DNA of 64,000 bases. Origin: Eubacteriales bacterium (GTDB lineage Bacteria > Bacillota > Clostridia > Oscillospirales > CAG-272). Under the pieces are notes generated by a model that saw only the letters and a program-made list of their open reading frames with translations, did not search any database and had not been told where the DNA came from. Position 1 is the first letter of the stretch. Each line of letters begins with the position of its first letter. Below are positions 7,898 through 16,859 of this stretch, one piece after another. The position numbers and the translations under genes were made by a program. Location of the stretch: assembly GCA_045651985.1 (NCBI GenBank), contig JAZRTK010000026.1, positions 173,102-237,101 of the forward strand, written 5' to 3'.

Positions 7898-9377
7898 TTC
7901 TGTGATATAACGAGCGATTTTCGTATTTGGGCTCGGAGCTTGTGTTAATGCCCAGCTTTTTGTAGGTCTTTTCGTCAACCGATGACAAAATAACCGAGAA
8001 GTGGGCATCGCAGGAACGCAGAAGCGGAAGCGCGTTCATAGCCGCCTTTGCTTTCTCGCTGTAAACCGAGCTTGCCGCCAAAGCTATGAGCACCTCGTCA
8101 GAATGGAGACGGGGATTCTTGTTGCCAAGGGCGCCTGTTTTAAGGGCACAGATGGGTTCAAGAGTTCGGGCGTCGATGAGGTCAATGCTGTCGTCGATGC
8201 CCGCCAGATATTTGATGGCGTTAAGAAGGAGCGCGGCGGAAGCGCCCAGAAGGCTGGAGGTCTTGCCTGTAACGATGGTACCGTCGGGAAGCTCCATGGC
8301 TCCTGCGGGCTTGCCCGTTTCCTCCGCCTTTTTCAGCGACGCGGCGATGGCGGGACACACATCGCGGGTCACGTGTGCCTGCTGCAGCAGCAGCTCGTGC
8401 TTTGCCAAGAGACTTGGGGGTGCGTTGTGGCCTGCCACGTCCTTTGCGGCGCCAAAGTAACGGCGAAGCATTTCCTTGCCTGCCGCCTCGTTGCACACGG
8501 CATCATCCGTGATGCAGAATCCGACCATATTTACGCCCATATCCGTGGGGGATTTGTAAGGACATTCGCCCAAGATTTCGGTCATCATTGCCTGAAGCAC
8601 GGGGAAGATCTCAACGTCGCGGTTGTAATTTACCGCTGTCTGACCGTAAGCCTCCAGATGAAAAGGATCGATCATATTTACGTCGTCAAGGTCGGCGGTT
8701 GCCGCCTCGTAGGCAATATTTACAGGGTGCTTCAAAGGCAGATTCCACACGGGGAAGGTCTCGAATTTTGCGTAGCCCGCCTTAACGCCTCGCTTGTTTT
8801 CGTGGTAAAGCTGTGACAGACAGGTTGCCATTTTTCCGCTGCCGGGTCCGGGGGCCGTAACGACCACCAAAGGACGTTCGGTCTCAATAAACTCGTTTTT
8901 GCCAAAGCCCTCGTCGCTGACTATCGTCTGCACATCCGAGGGGTAGCCGGGGATCGAATAGTGAAGGAAGCTCTTCATTGAAAGATCGCTCAGTCTGTGT
9001 CTGAACTTGTCGGCGCCCGACTGTCCCGCATAGCGGGTGATGACCACGCTTCCAACGTAAAATCCAAGGCTTCGGAAGATATCGATAAGGCGAAGGGTGT
9101 CGTCGTCGTAGCTGATGCCAAGGTCGCCGCGGAGCTTGTTTTTTTCTATATCGTCGGCGTTGATCGCGATGATTATCTCAACCTCGTCGCGGATCTTTGC
9201 CAGCATTTTGATCTTTGCGTCAGGTTCAAATCCCGGCAGAACTCGGGACGCGTGGTAATCGTCAAAAAGCTTGCCGCCAAACTCCAGATAGAGCTTGCCG
9301 CCAAAATCCTCAATGCGCTCCCTGATGTTTCGGGATTGTATCGTCATATATTTTTCGCAGTCAAAACCGATCTTCAT
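7893..9377 (-). CDS. DUF1846 / UPF0371 family protein
   Basis: MKIGFDCEKY..HASRVLPGF family N-terminus. Start moved to 9377 (RBS GAGG) because the predicted -10 at 9410-9415 puts the TSS at or after the ATG at 9404. Confidence 0.8.
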   Translation of the reverse strand: MKIGFDCEKYMTIQSRNIRERIEDFGGKLYLEFGGKLFDDYHASRVLPGFEPDAKIKMLAKIRDEVEIIIAINADDIEKNKLRGDLGISYDDDTLRLIDIFRSLGFYVGSVVITRYAGQSGADKFRHRLSDLSMKSFLHYSIPGYPSDVQTIVSDEGFGKNEFIETERPLVVVTAPGPGSGKMATCLSQLYHENKRGVKAGYAKFETFPVWNLPLKHPVNIAYEAATADLDDVNMIDPFHLEAYGQTAVNYNRDVEIFPVLQAMMTEILGECPYKSPTDMGVNMVGFCITDDAVCNEAAGKEMLRRYFGAAKDVAGHNAPPSLLAKHELLLQQAHVTRDVCPAIAASLKKAEETGKPAGAMELPDGTIVTGKTSSLLGASAALLLNAIKYLAGIDDSIDLIDARTLEPICALKTGALGNKNPRLHSDEVLIALAASSVYSEKAKAAMNALPLLRSCDAHFSVILSSVDEKTYKKLGINTSSEPKYENRSLYHRK

Positions 9378-9409
9378 AGCAAACCTCATATGAAAAAACT
9401 TCATTTTTT

Positions 9410-9438
9410 ATTATATCACATTATGGGGCTTGACGCAA
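9410..9438 (-). promoter_or_regulatory. Promoter of the DUF1846 gene
   Basis: TTGCGT-17 nt-TATAAT with extended TGaTATAAT. Confidence 0.6.
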
Positions 9439-9458
9439 GGCATTTTTAAAAAAATATC

Positions 9459-9486
9459 AAAAAACGGTGGCTTTTACCACCGTTTT
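9459..9486 (-). terminator. Terminator after the GT4-CsaB gene
   Basis: CGGTGG-loop-CCACCG flanked by an A-run and a T-run, abutting the stop codon. Confidence 0.8.
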
Positions 9487-11742
9487 TTATTTTTGGATAA
9501 ATTCCATTGCGCACTCCGCATCGCGCCGTGCGAGCTGTGAAAGCTCGCCTTGGCGAGCTCGGACCTTATTGCAAAGATCTTTTCGCACTTCCATTGTTCG
9601 TTCTGCGCGAGTGACGATGTCATCGGAAGTAAAATTGCTCATGTCGATAGGCTCGTCGTGTCCCGAATATTCAAGAAACGCGCTGATCTTGGGGTCGTAT
9701 GAGATTCCGATTGCGGGAATGCAGGCGTTTGTGGCGTAAATGAGCATGTGAAGTCTCATTCCGACGGCAAATTCCATGTGTGAAAGGAGTGCCGTAAGCT
9801 CACGGGCACTAAGACCTTGTGCTAATATTGTCTTTTTTCCGCTGAGCCGTTCAAATTCTCGGCAGACGGCTCGGCTGATCTCAAGGTCGGCAACATTCTG
9901 GACCGAGACCACCAAGGGCAAAAGTCCAAGTCGGCGGCAGATCTCGCTCATTGAGAGAGCGATCCGCCGAGTGAATTCGGATTTTGACATATCTCCGCCC
10001 GTTTTGAGGTTTTCGTATTCTCTTACGGAAAGGGCATAGTATTTGTTGTTCTTTGCGTCGATTCCCAGCTTATTCTCGATATAAGCCAGACGGCTGCCGT
10101 CAATAGGCTTTACCGTCAGAGCGGGGTCGGCGGTAACGGCTATCTCCTGTCGCGCCTCAAGTCCTATTTCGCGGAGAAATTCAAGGGAAGAAGGCTCGCG
10201 GAGACTGATAAGATCCGCCTCGCCCAGCACTTTTTTTACCTTTGCCACGCTTCGCTCGCCGTAGACCGGACCGATGCCGTTTGAATAGACCATGACGGGC
10301 AGTTTTATACGCACGGCCATTTTAATTATGGTGATATAGTAGTTTAAGGACTTTTCACTGGTGTTGTTTTGGAGGAGGGAGCCGCCGCCGCTTATAAGAA
10401 GCTTTGCGCGCCTCATCTCGCGGCAAATTGCAAAAACGTTCAGTCGGTTTATGCAGCGAACGCCGTATTTGAGCTGTGATTTTTTCGGGTCCCTTGTAAG
10501 AGCCGTTATTCTGACGTGGGGGTCAATCGCGCGAAGCTGGGCGGCTATAGACAGGAGCAGAGAATCGTCGCCCATGTTGCCAAAGCCGTAGTAGCCCGAC
10601 AGGATAACGTCGGATTCATTTCTGTACTCGTAAGGGCGAAGGCTTTCGTAGACTGCAAGACAGTCACAAGCCATGCGGTGTGCCGAATAATTTTCCTTAA
10701 TTATAGCTCTGTTGCCCTCGCCGATGCGCTCAAGCTCGGCATCCGATAAGTCCAGAAGCGCGGAAAGGTCGGAAAACAGCCTCTCGGGACTTGACTCCTC
10801 GCAGCCGCGGCAACAAAAGTTTGTGGCGACGGCAACATCAAGCCTGTCACCCTCGGGACGTCCGATGTAGCCCTCGTTTCCAGCGACGATCACGGGCTTT
10901 GATGCGCTCATGGCTTCAAGCGCGGCGCGTGAAACGCCCACGAACAGATCGCCAAGCGCCACCAAATTATTAATGTCGGTGCGACCGCCCGTCGCATGGA
11001 CGAATTTTTGACCCGCCGCCCTGTTCGCTTTTTTTGCAAGCTCACAAACGCTTTCAAGGTCGTCGCCGCCGCCGACAATAACCAGTTGCAGATCGGGGTG
11101 CTTTTTCTTCAGTGCAGGAGCAATCTCGCACAGCTGACGGGCAACCAAAGAGCGGTCTGCGTCCATGCGGCTGACGTAGACGATGGTTCTGCGCTGTTCG
11201 GGGAGACCAAGCTCCCGCGCAATATCATCTGACGGCGTGTCGGGGGAAAATTTCTCCATATCGACGCCGTTTATGGTCACCGAAATATTGTCCGAATAAA
11301 CGCCGTAGGAGTCGATGAGATACTGCTTTATGTCCTCGCTGACCGCCACCGTTTTCTCGCCCCAGAAGGCTATCTTGCGCCAAAGGGCGTTTACGTCAAA
11401 GACCCAGTGTGCGGTGGTAACAAAGCGGAATTTCAAAACGGGTTGAAGCAGACCGCACACGAACGCGGGAATTCGCGCATGGGCGTGGACTATATCATAT
11501 TTTTCTTTTTTTATCAGCTTTTTCAGGGCAAAATACGACTTTGTGACTCCGGTTGGCATCTTTGTGTGGAGCGGAATCTTCACGTGCTTTATGTTGCAAG
11601 CCTCAAGCTCGCGCACGTAAACGCCGCCGTTTGATGCCACCGTCACGTCGTGACCCATGCTGCGGAGCGCTCTTGACAGCTCAAGAACGTGTGTCTCCGC
11701 GCCTCCGATGTCAAGCGCCATCGCGCACATTAATATTTTCAT
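9487..11742 (-). CDS. csaB: Fusion: family-4 glycosyltransferase (N) + polysaccharide pyruvyl transferase CsaB (C)
   Basis: N-terminus MKILMCAMALDIGGAETHV (GT4). C-terminal half ILSGYYGFGNMGDDSLL (CsaB-like). The track's start at 11784 is a TTG inside pgsA, so ATG 11742 is preferred. Confidence 0.75.
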   Translation of the reverse strand: MKILMCAMALDIGGAETHVLELSRALRSMGHDVTVASNGGVYVRELEACNIKHVKIPLHTKMPTGVTKSYFALKKLIKKEKYDIVHAHARIPAFVCGLLQPVLKFRFVTTAHWVFDVNALWRKIAFWGEKTVAVSEDIKQYLIDSYGVYSDNISVTINGVDMEKFSPDTPSDDIARELGLPEQRRTIVYVSRMDADRSLVARQLCEIAPALKKKHPDLQLVIVGGGDDLESVCELAKKANRAAGQKFVHATGGRTDINNLVALGDLFVGVSRAALEAMSASKPVIVAGNEGYIGRPEGDRLDVAVATNFCCRGCEESSPERLFSDLSALLDLSDAELERIGEGNRAIIKENYSAHRMACDCLAVYESLRPYEYRNESDVILSGYYGFGNMGDDSLLLSIAAQLRAIDPHVRITALTRDPKKSQLKYGVRCINRLNVFAICREMRRAKLLISGGGSLLQNNTSEKSLNYYITIIKMAVRIKLPVMVYSNGIGPVYGERSVAKVKKVLGEADLISLREPSSLEFLREIGLEARQEIAVTADPALTVKPIDGSRLAYIENKLGIDAKNNKYYALSVREYENLKTGGDMSKSEFTRRIALSMSEICRRLGLLPLVVSVQNVADLEISRAVCREFERLSGKKTILAQGLSARELTALLSHMEFAVGMRLHMLIYATNACIPAIGISYDPKISAFLEYSGHDEPIDMSNFTSDDIVTRAERTMEVRKDLCNKVRARQGELSQLARRDAECAMEFIQK

Positions 11743-11767
11743 GCGTTGATTTTCGCCCTCGCAAATA

Positions 11768-12373
11768 TTATTTTTGGGGATCAAGGAATTTCCAGTAGGA
11801 TTTGAGGTAATTTACGCCCGAAAGAACGGCGAAGAAGGTAGAGACCGCCATGGAGAGGTAGGTAAGCACGTGGTAATCGTATTTGACCAGATCCATGCCC
11901 GATACGAGGGATGCCACCTCAAATATAACAGGCTCAAGAAGCGCGCAGAGAATAAAGATTATCTGGGAGACGGTCTTGATCTTGCCCAGCATATTTGCCG
12001 CAACCACAACTCCGCTTCCGCTTGCGACCAAACGGATAGAGGTGACCGCCAGCTCGCGGAAAACGACTACTGTCGCGGCGATGGTAAGGCAGATCTGCAA
12101 AATTCCGTCGAAACGGAAAATGAGCATCATCATAGCGCCGATCACCATAAACTTATCGGCCAGAGGGTCAAGGAACTTGCCGAAATCCGTAATAAGGTTG
12201 TGGCGGCGGGCGATTTTGCCGTCAAGCATGTCGGTGAAAGAAGCCGCGCCGAAAATAAGTGCGGAGATGACGCCCCACGCAATAGTATTCAGGGGCAGGA
12301 GCATAACGACCATGATTACGGGGACCATAATAAGACGGAGCACCGTCAGCTTGTTGGGTAAATTCATCTTCAT
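11768..12373 (-). CDS. pgsA: CDP-diacylglycerol--glycerol-3-phosphate 3-phosphatidyltransferase
   Basis: DMLDGKIARRHN..FGKFLDPLADK CDP-alcohol phosphatidyltransferase motif. Confidence 0.9.
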   Translation of the reverse strand: MKMNLPNKLTVLRLIMVPVIMVVMLLPLNTIAWGVISALIFGAASFTDMLDGKIARRHNLITDFGKFLDPLADKFMVIGAMMMLIFRFDGILQICLTIAATVVVFRELAVTSIRLVASGSGVVVAANMLGKIKTVSQIIFILCALLEPVIFEVASLVSGMDLVKYDYHVLTYLSMAVSTFFAVLSGVNYLKSYWKFLDPQK

Positions 12374-12394
12374 TTTATTTAACTTCCTTTCTTA

Positions 12395-13714
12395 TTACAG
12401 AGCGTGACCCAGAAGGTCGTAGTCGCCGATCTCGTCAATCTTAACCTGCACGAACGTGCCGGCTTTCAGCTTCTTTTTCGACGAGAAATATATCTTTCCG
12501 TCGATCTCGGGGGCGTCCATATAGGATCGACCATAGTAGGTCTCCGCCACCACGTCGTAGTCCTCGACCAGAACTTTCAGAGTCTTGTTCAGGAATCGTT
12601 GATTTCTTTCCTCATTTATGCGGTACTGCTGAGCCATGATGATGTCGGCTCTGTCCTGCTTTACCTGCTCGTCTATCTGATCCTCGAAATTATACGCGGG
12701 AGTGTCCTCTTCGCGGGAGTAAGCAAAGGTGCCCATGCGGTCGAATTTCACTTCGTCCACAAAGGCGCAAAGCTCCTGGAAATCCTCCTCGGTCTCCCCC
12801 GGGAAGCCCACGATAAAGGTAGTGCGGATAACGATGTCGGGAATTTCACGGCGAAGTTTTCCCAAGACCTCACGGATGGTTTTGCTGTCCCCGTGGCGGT
12901 TCATGCGATGGAGCACCTTGTCCGAAATGTGCTGGAGCGGCAGGTCTATGTATTTTACCACTCTGTCGTTGTCGCGAATCTCGGCGACAAGCTCGTCCGT
13001 TATCTTGTCGGGGTAGCAGTAGAGCAGACGGAACCACTCTATCTTCGTCTCTTTTGCAAGACGGCGCAGAAGCTCGGGGAGCTTATATTCGCCGTAAAGG
13101 TCGATGCCGTACCGCGTGGTGTCCTGTGCTACGATGGTAAGCTCCTTTACGCCCAGATCTTCAAGGTCTTTTGCTTCGCGTATAAGGTCGTCCATGGGAC
13201 GGGAGCGGAATTTTCCGCGAATGTCGGGAATTGCGCAGTAAGTGCAGCGGTTGTCGCAGCCCTCGGCAATCTTTAAGTACGCCGCGTGGTCGGGAGTGGT
13301 CAAGACCCTGTCGCCGCCAAGCTCTACGGTATTCTTATCCTCGTAGGATGAATATTTTTTGCTCTCGGCAACGGATTTGACCGCGTCAACAATGTTGTGG
13401 ATACTGCCCACACCCAGCACCGCGTCCACCTCGGGAAGCTCCTCAAAGATCGAGTCGCGGTAGCGCTCGGACAGACAGCCTGTGACGATGATACCCTTCA
13501 GATTTTTGTTTTCCTTGAGCCAACCGATGTCGATAATGTTGTCGATAGACTCCTTTTTTGCGCTTTCGATAAATGCGCAGGTGTTTATGATTACGATGTC
13601 TGCCTCGGTCTCTTCGGCGGTTATTTCATATCCCGCCTGAGCCACGTGGTAGAGCATTACCTCGGTGTCCAGCTGATTTTTGGGACAGCCGAGTGATACA
13701 AATCCTATTTTCAA
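12395..13714 (-). CDS. rimO: Ribosomal protein S12 methylthiotransferase
   Basis: MKIGFVSLGCPKNQLDTE, radical-SAM CDNRCTYC, C-terminal TRAM domain. TTG start. Confidence 0.9.
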   Translation of the reverse strand: MKIGFVSLGCPKNQLDTEVMLYHVAQAGYEITAEETEADIVIINTCAFIESAKKESIDNIIDIGWLKENKNLKGIIVTGCLSERYRDSIFEELPEVDAVLGVGSIHNIVDAVKSVAESKKYSSYEDKNTVELGGDRVLTTPDHAAYLKIAEGCDNRCTYCAIPDIRGKFRSRPMDDLIREAKDLEDLGVKELTIVAQDTTRYGIDLYGEYKLPELLRRLAKETKIEWFRLLYCYPDKITDELVAEIRDNDRVVKYIDLPLQHISDKVLHRMNRHGDSKTIREVLGKLRREIPDIVIRTTFIVGFPGETEEDFQELCAFVDEVKFDRMGTFAYSREEDTPAYNFEDQIDEQVKQDRADIIMAQQYRINEERNQRFLNKTLKVLVEDYDVVAETYYGRSYMDAPEIDGKIYFSSKKKLKAGTFVQVKIDEIGDYDLLGHAL

Positions 13715-13754
13715 TTTGATATCTGCCTTTCTGGTGAAAATATTTTTTCACTTT

Positions 13755-13783
13755 ATCATAACACATTTTAATGTCAGTGTCAA
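13755..13783 (-). promoter_or_regulatory. rimO-pgsA-csaB promoter
   Basis: TTGACA-17 nt-TATGAT on the minus strand. Confidence 0.55.
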
Positions 13784-13815
13784 CTCAAAAACACAAATTG
13801 AGAGCGGATTCGCAC

Positions 13816-13844
13816 TTGATAAATCTCCCCAAATAGTGTATAAT
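13816..13844 (+). promoter_or_regulatory. Promoter of the GTPase-NYN gene
   Basis: TTGATA-17 nt-TATAAT. Confidence 0.6.
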
Positions 13845-13876
13845 TGACCTATTAAGAGAAAAGGGGGAGAAATGCC

Positions 13877-16474
13877 GTGGAAAACAACAGAAAAAAGGCG
13901 GCAGTTGGCATACTCGCCCACGTTGACGCGGGAAAGACCACGCTTTCCGAGGCTCTGCTTTTTTGCGCGGGAGCGTTGCGTAAGATCGGCCGCGTGGACC
14001 GCGGCGACGCTTTCCTTGACAATAATGATATTGAGAGGGAGCGCGGGATAACCGTTTTTTCAAAGCAGGCGATGCTTTCATTTCCCGAAACGGATATTAC
14101 CCTCATCGACACTCCCGGTCACGTTGACTTTTCGGGCGAGGCGGAGAGAACCCTGGCGGTTCTTGACTACGCGGTTCTCGTGGTAAGCGGCAGCGAGGGC
14201 GTGCAGTCACATACCAAGACTATCTGGAATCTGCTTTGCCACCACGGTGTGCCCACGTTTGTCTTTGTTAACAAGATGGATATTTCGTTTTATGAGACCG
14301 CCGCTATTATGAGGAGCCTGCGCAACGCGCTGGATAGCGCATGCGTGGATTTTTCCGACACGTCGTCTTCCGAATTTTGCGAGGAGGCGGCAAGCCTTGA
14401 CGAGAATATTCTTGAGAGCTTTCTTGACAGCGGCGAGGTCAAGACGGAGGATCTGCAGAATGCAATTCTGGGCAGACGCATAATTCCCTGTTTTTTCGGA
14501 TCGGCGCTGAAAAACGAGGGTGTTGAGGAGTTTGCCGCGGGGCTTTGTAAGTATATTAAAGCGAAAAAGTACCCCGACACCTTTGGCGCGCGGGTTTATA
14601 AGATCACGAGAGATGCGAAAAACGCAAGACTGACTCACTTGAAAATTACGGGCGGCACGTTGGCGTCAAAGATGATGATAGGCGAAGAAAAGATCGACCG
14701 GATCAGATTTTACTCGGGCGAAAAATTCACCACCGTCGAAAAAGCGGAAGCGGGGGATATCTGCACCGTCACGGGGCTTAACTTGACCTACGCGGGTCAA
14801 GGTCTTGGCTTTGAAATGGAGGGGGGACGCCCGAAAATCGAGCCGATTTTGGCTTATAGCGTCAAAATTCTTGACGGCACTGCGCCCGCAATAGCTTACG
14901 ACCGCTTAAAGCTGCTCTGCGAGGAGGATCCGCTTTTGGCAGTCAATTGGGACGAACGAGCGCAGGAGAGCGGAGTTCGTGTCATGGGCGAGATCCAGCT
15001 GCAGGTGCTTCGCCGCACGGTCCGTGACCGATTTGGTATCGAGATAGACTTTGGCGCGGGGCGCATTGTATATAAGGAAACTATTCGCGGGTCGGTTGAA
15101 GGCGTGGGACATTTTGAGCCTTTGCGACACTACGCCGAGGTACACCTGCTCCTTGAAGAAGGGGACGAGGGCAGCGGACTTGTTTTTGACACCCTATGCT
15201 CGGATAAGATCCTGACACAGAATCTCCAGCGACTTGTGCTGACGCACCTAGCGGAAAAGACCCACCGCGGCGTTTTGACAGGCGCACCCATTACAGACAT
15301 GAAAATCACCTTGATTTCGGGCAAGGCGCACTTGAAGCACACCGAGGGCGGCGACTTCAGACAGGCGACATACCGCGCGGTGCGTCAAGGGTTGATGAAG
15401 GCGGAAAGTGTGCTTCTTGAGCCATATTACGACTTTGAAATAACCGTCCCCGCCGACGCGGTGGGGCGTCTCATGAATGACATAAACCGTATGGGCGGAG
15501 ATTTTGAAATAAAGGATGCGGGCGAATGTGAGACCACCTTGACGGGAAGCGCGGCGGTGTCCGAGCTTCGGGAATACCCCCGTGAGCTGACCGCATATAC
15601 CCGTGGCGAGGGCAGAATTCTTCTGACACTTTCGGGCTATCGACCTGCTGTACGTCAGGACGAGATCGTGGCGGCGTCGGGCTACGACCCCGAATCGGAC
15701 CTGCGAAACAGTCCCGATTCGGTCTTCTGCTCGGGCGGTGCGGGCTTTAACGTAAAATGGGATCAGGTTGAGGAATATATGCACATAGAGGGCTGCGATG
15801 GCAGCGAGCCCGAGCCCGTGGAAAGCGCTGATGCGCTTCCCGCGACCCGACGCCGCCGAGGTGTGTCCTACGCCGACGCGTTGGCGCTTGACAAAGAATT
15901 GGTTAGCATTTTTGAGCGGACCTACGGGCCCATTCGGCGTAAAAAAGTCAGCGACGGCCCCACCAGACGGGATTACGACGAAAAAAAACCGCCGAAAAAG
16001 CCTAAAAAAGAGGCTTCTGTCCTGCCAGAATTCGTTCTGGTGGACGGTTACAATATAATTTTCGCTTGGGACGACCTGAAAAAGATCGCCCAGGACAATC
16101 TGAACCTGGCTCGCAAGCTTCTGACCGACATTCTCTGCAACTATCAGGGCTATCGGGGCTGCGGCTTGATTCTTGTCTTTGACGCCTACAAGGTGGCAGG
16201 CGGACGGGGCTCGGTTGAAAAAGAGGGCGGGATAAGCGTGGTCTACACCAAGGAGGCGGAGACCGCCGATGCGTACATCGAACGCGTGACCTACGAGATC
16301 GGCAAGAAGTATCGCGTGCGCGTTGCGACCTCTGACAATCTGGAGCAGATAATCGTCTTGGGTCACGGCGCGGAGAGAGTTTCGGCCAGGGCCTTTTATG
16401 ACGAGGTGAGGAAAGTTGCCTCGGAGATATCCGACGAGGTGGAAAAATTGAATCGCTCCGCCAAGCCCCTTTAA
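13877..16474 (+). CDS. Translational GTPase (TetM/TetO/EF-G-like, aa 1-~640) fused to a YacP/Rae1-type NYN ribonuclease domain (aa 718-865)
   Basis: GTG start with RBS AAGGGGGAGA. G motifs AHVDAGKTT, DTPGH, NKMD. C-terminus VLVDGYNIIFAW..LILVFDAY..ETADAYIE..VATSDNLEQ matches Rae1/YacP. Confidence 0.85.
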   Translation: MENNRKKAAVGILAHVDAGKTTLSEALLFCAGALRKIGRVDRGDAFLDNNDIERERGITVFSKQAMLSFPETDITLIDTPGHVDFSGEAERTLAVLDYAVLVVSGSEGVQSHTKTIWNLLCHHGVPTFVFVNKMDISFYETAAIMRSLRNALDSACVDFSDTSSSEFCEEAASLDENILESFLDSGEVKTEDLQNAILGRRIIPCFFGSALKNEGVEEFAAGLCKYIKAKKYPDTFGARVYKITRDAKNARLTHLKITGGTLASKMMIGEEKIDRIRFYSGEKFTTVEKAEAGDICTVTGLNLTYAGQGLGFEMEGGRPKIEPILAYSVKILDGTAPAIAYDRLKLLCEEDPLLAVNWDERAQESGVRVMGEIQLQVLRRTVRDRFGIEIDFGAGRIVYKETIRGSVEGVGHFEPLRHYAEVHLLLEEGDEGSGLVFDTLCSDKILTQNLQRLVLTHLAEKTHRGVLTGAPITDMKITLISGKAHLKHTEGGDFRQATYRAVRQGLMKAESVLLEPYYDFEITVPADAVGRLMNDINRMGGDFEIKDAGECETTLTGSAAVSELREYPRELTAYTRGEGRILLTLSGYRPAVRQDEIVAASGYDPESDLRNSPDSVFCSGGAGFNVKWDQVEEYMHIEGCDGSEPEPVESADALPATRRRRGVSYADALALDKELVSIFERTYGPIRRKKVSDGPTRRDYDEKKPPKKPKKEASVLPEFVLVDGYNIIFAWDDLKKIAQDNLNLARKLLTDILCNYQGYRGCGLILVFDAYKVAGGRGSVEKEGGISVVYTKEAETADAYIERVTYEIGKKYRVRVATSDNLEQIIVLGHGAERVSARAFYDEVRKVASEISDEVEKLNRSAKPL

Positions 16475-16541
16475 AAAGGGGCTTGGACTCCCCAAACTAA
16501 AAGGACAAAAACGATGGCTAAATGCCATCGTTTTTTGTTTG
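16461..16541 (+). repeat. Two-hairpin 3'-end cassette, copy B
   Basis: CCAAGCCCCTTTAAAAAGGGGCTTGG..CCCCAAACTAAAA..AAAAACGATGGC-TAAAT-GCCATCGTTTTTTGTTTG. Contains the stop codon of the GTPase-NYN gene. Confidence 0.9.
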
Positions 16542-16665
16542 ACAGGAATATTCGCCCCTTTTCGTCGAAATCCTACCTTTTTATCATATATACGCGCGTA
16601 AGATCGGCGTCGCAATATTAAACCCTATTTATTATTACGCTAAAATTACACATAAGAAAAACCTA

Positions 16666-16694
16666 TTGCCAAATAAATGCAGATGTGGTAAGAT
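16666..16694 (+). promoter_or_regulatory. S-layer gene promoter (predicts a ~160-nt leader)
   Basis: TTGCCA-17 nt-TAAGAT. Confidence 0.5.
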
Positions 16695-16859
16695 GTAAGC
16701 ACAGTGAAAGACTGCCGGATGTTCATGCCATCGGAACGGATTGATATCCGATGACAGCTAAGTCGGGTATGAGCGACAATACGGACCGACGTGGCGGCAG
16801 ATTGAAGGCAGCCGACTTCACTTAAAAAAAATATATTTTTTTGAAGGAGAAACAAAACT

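Noticed and set aside
15248-16615. 455-aa ORF antisense to the GTPase-NYN gene
   Set aside because: It is Arg/Gly/Val-rich low-information sequence with no recognisable motifs and no RBS. It runs through repeat copy B. The sense-strand gene has clear GTPase and NYN motifs.
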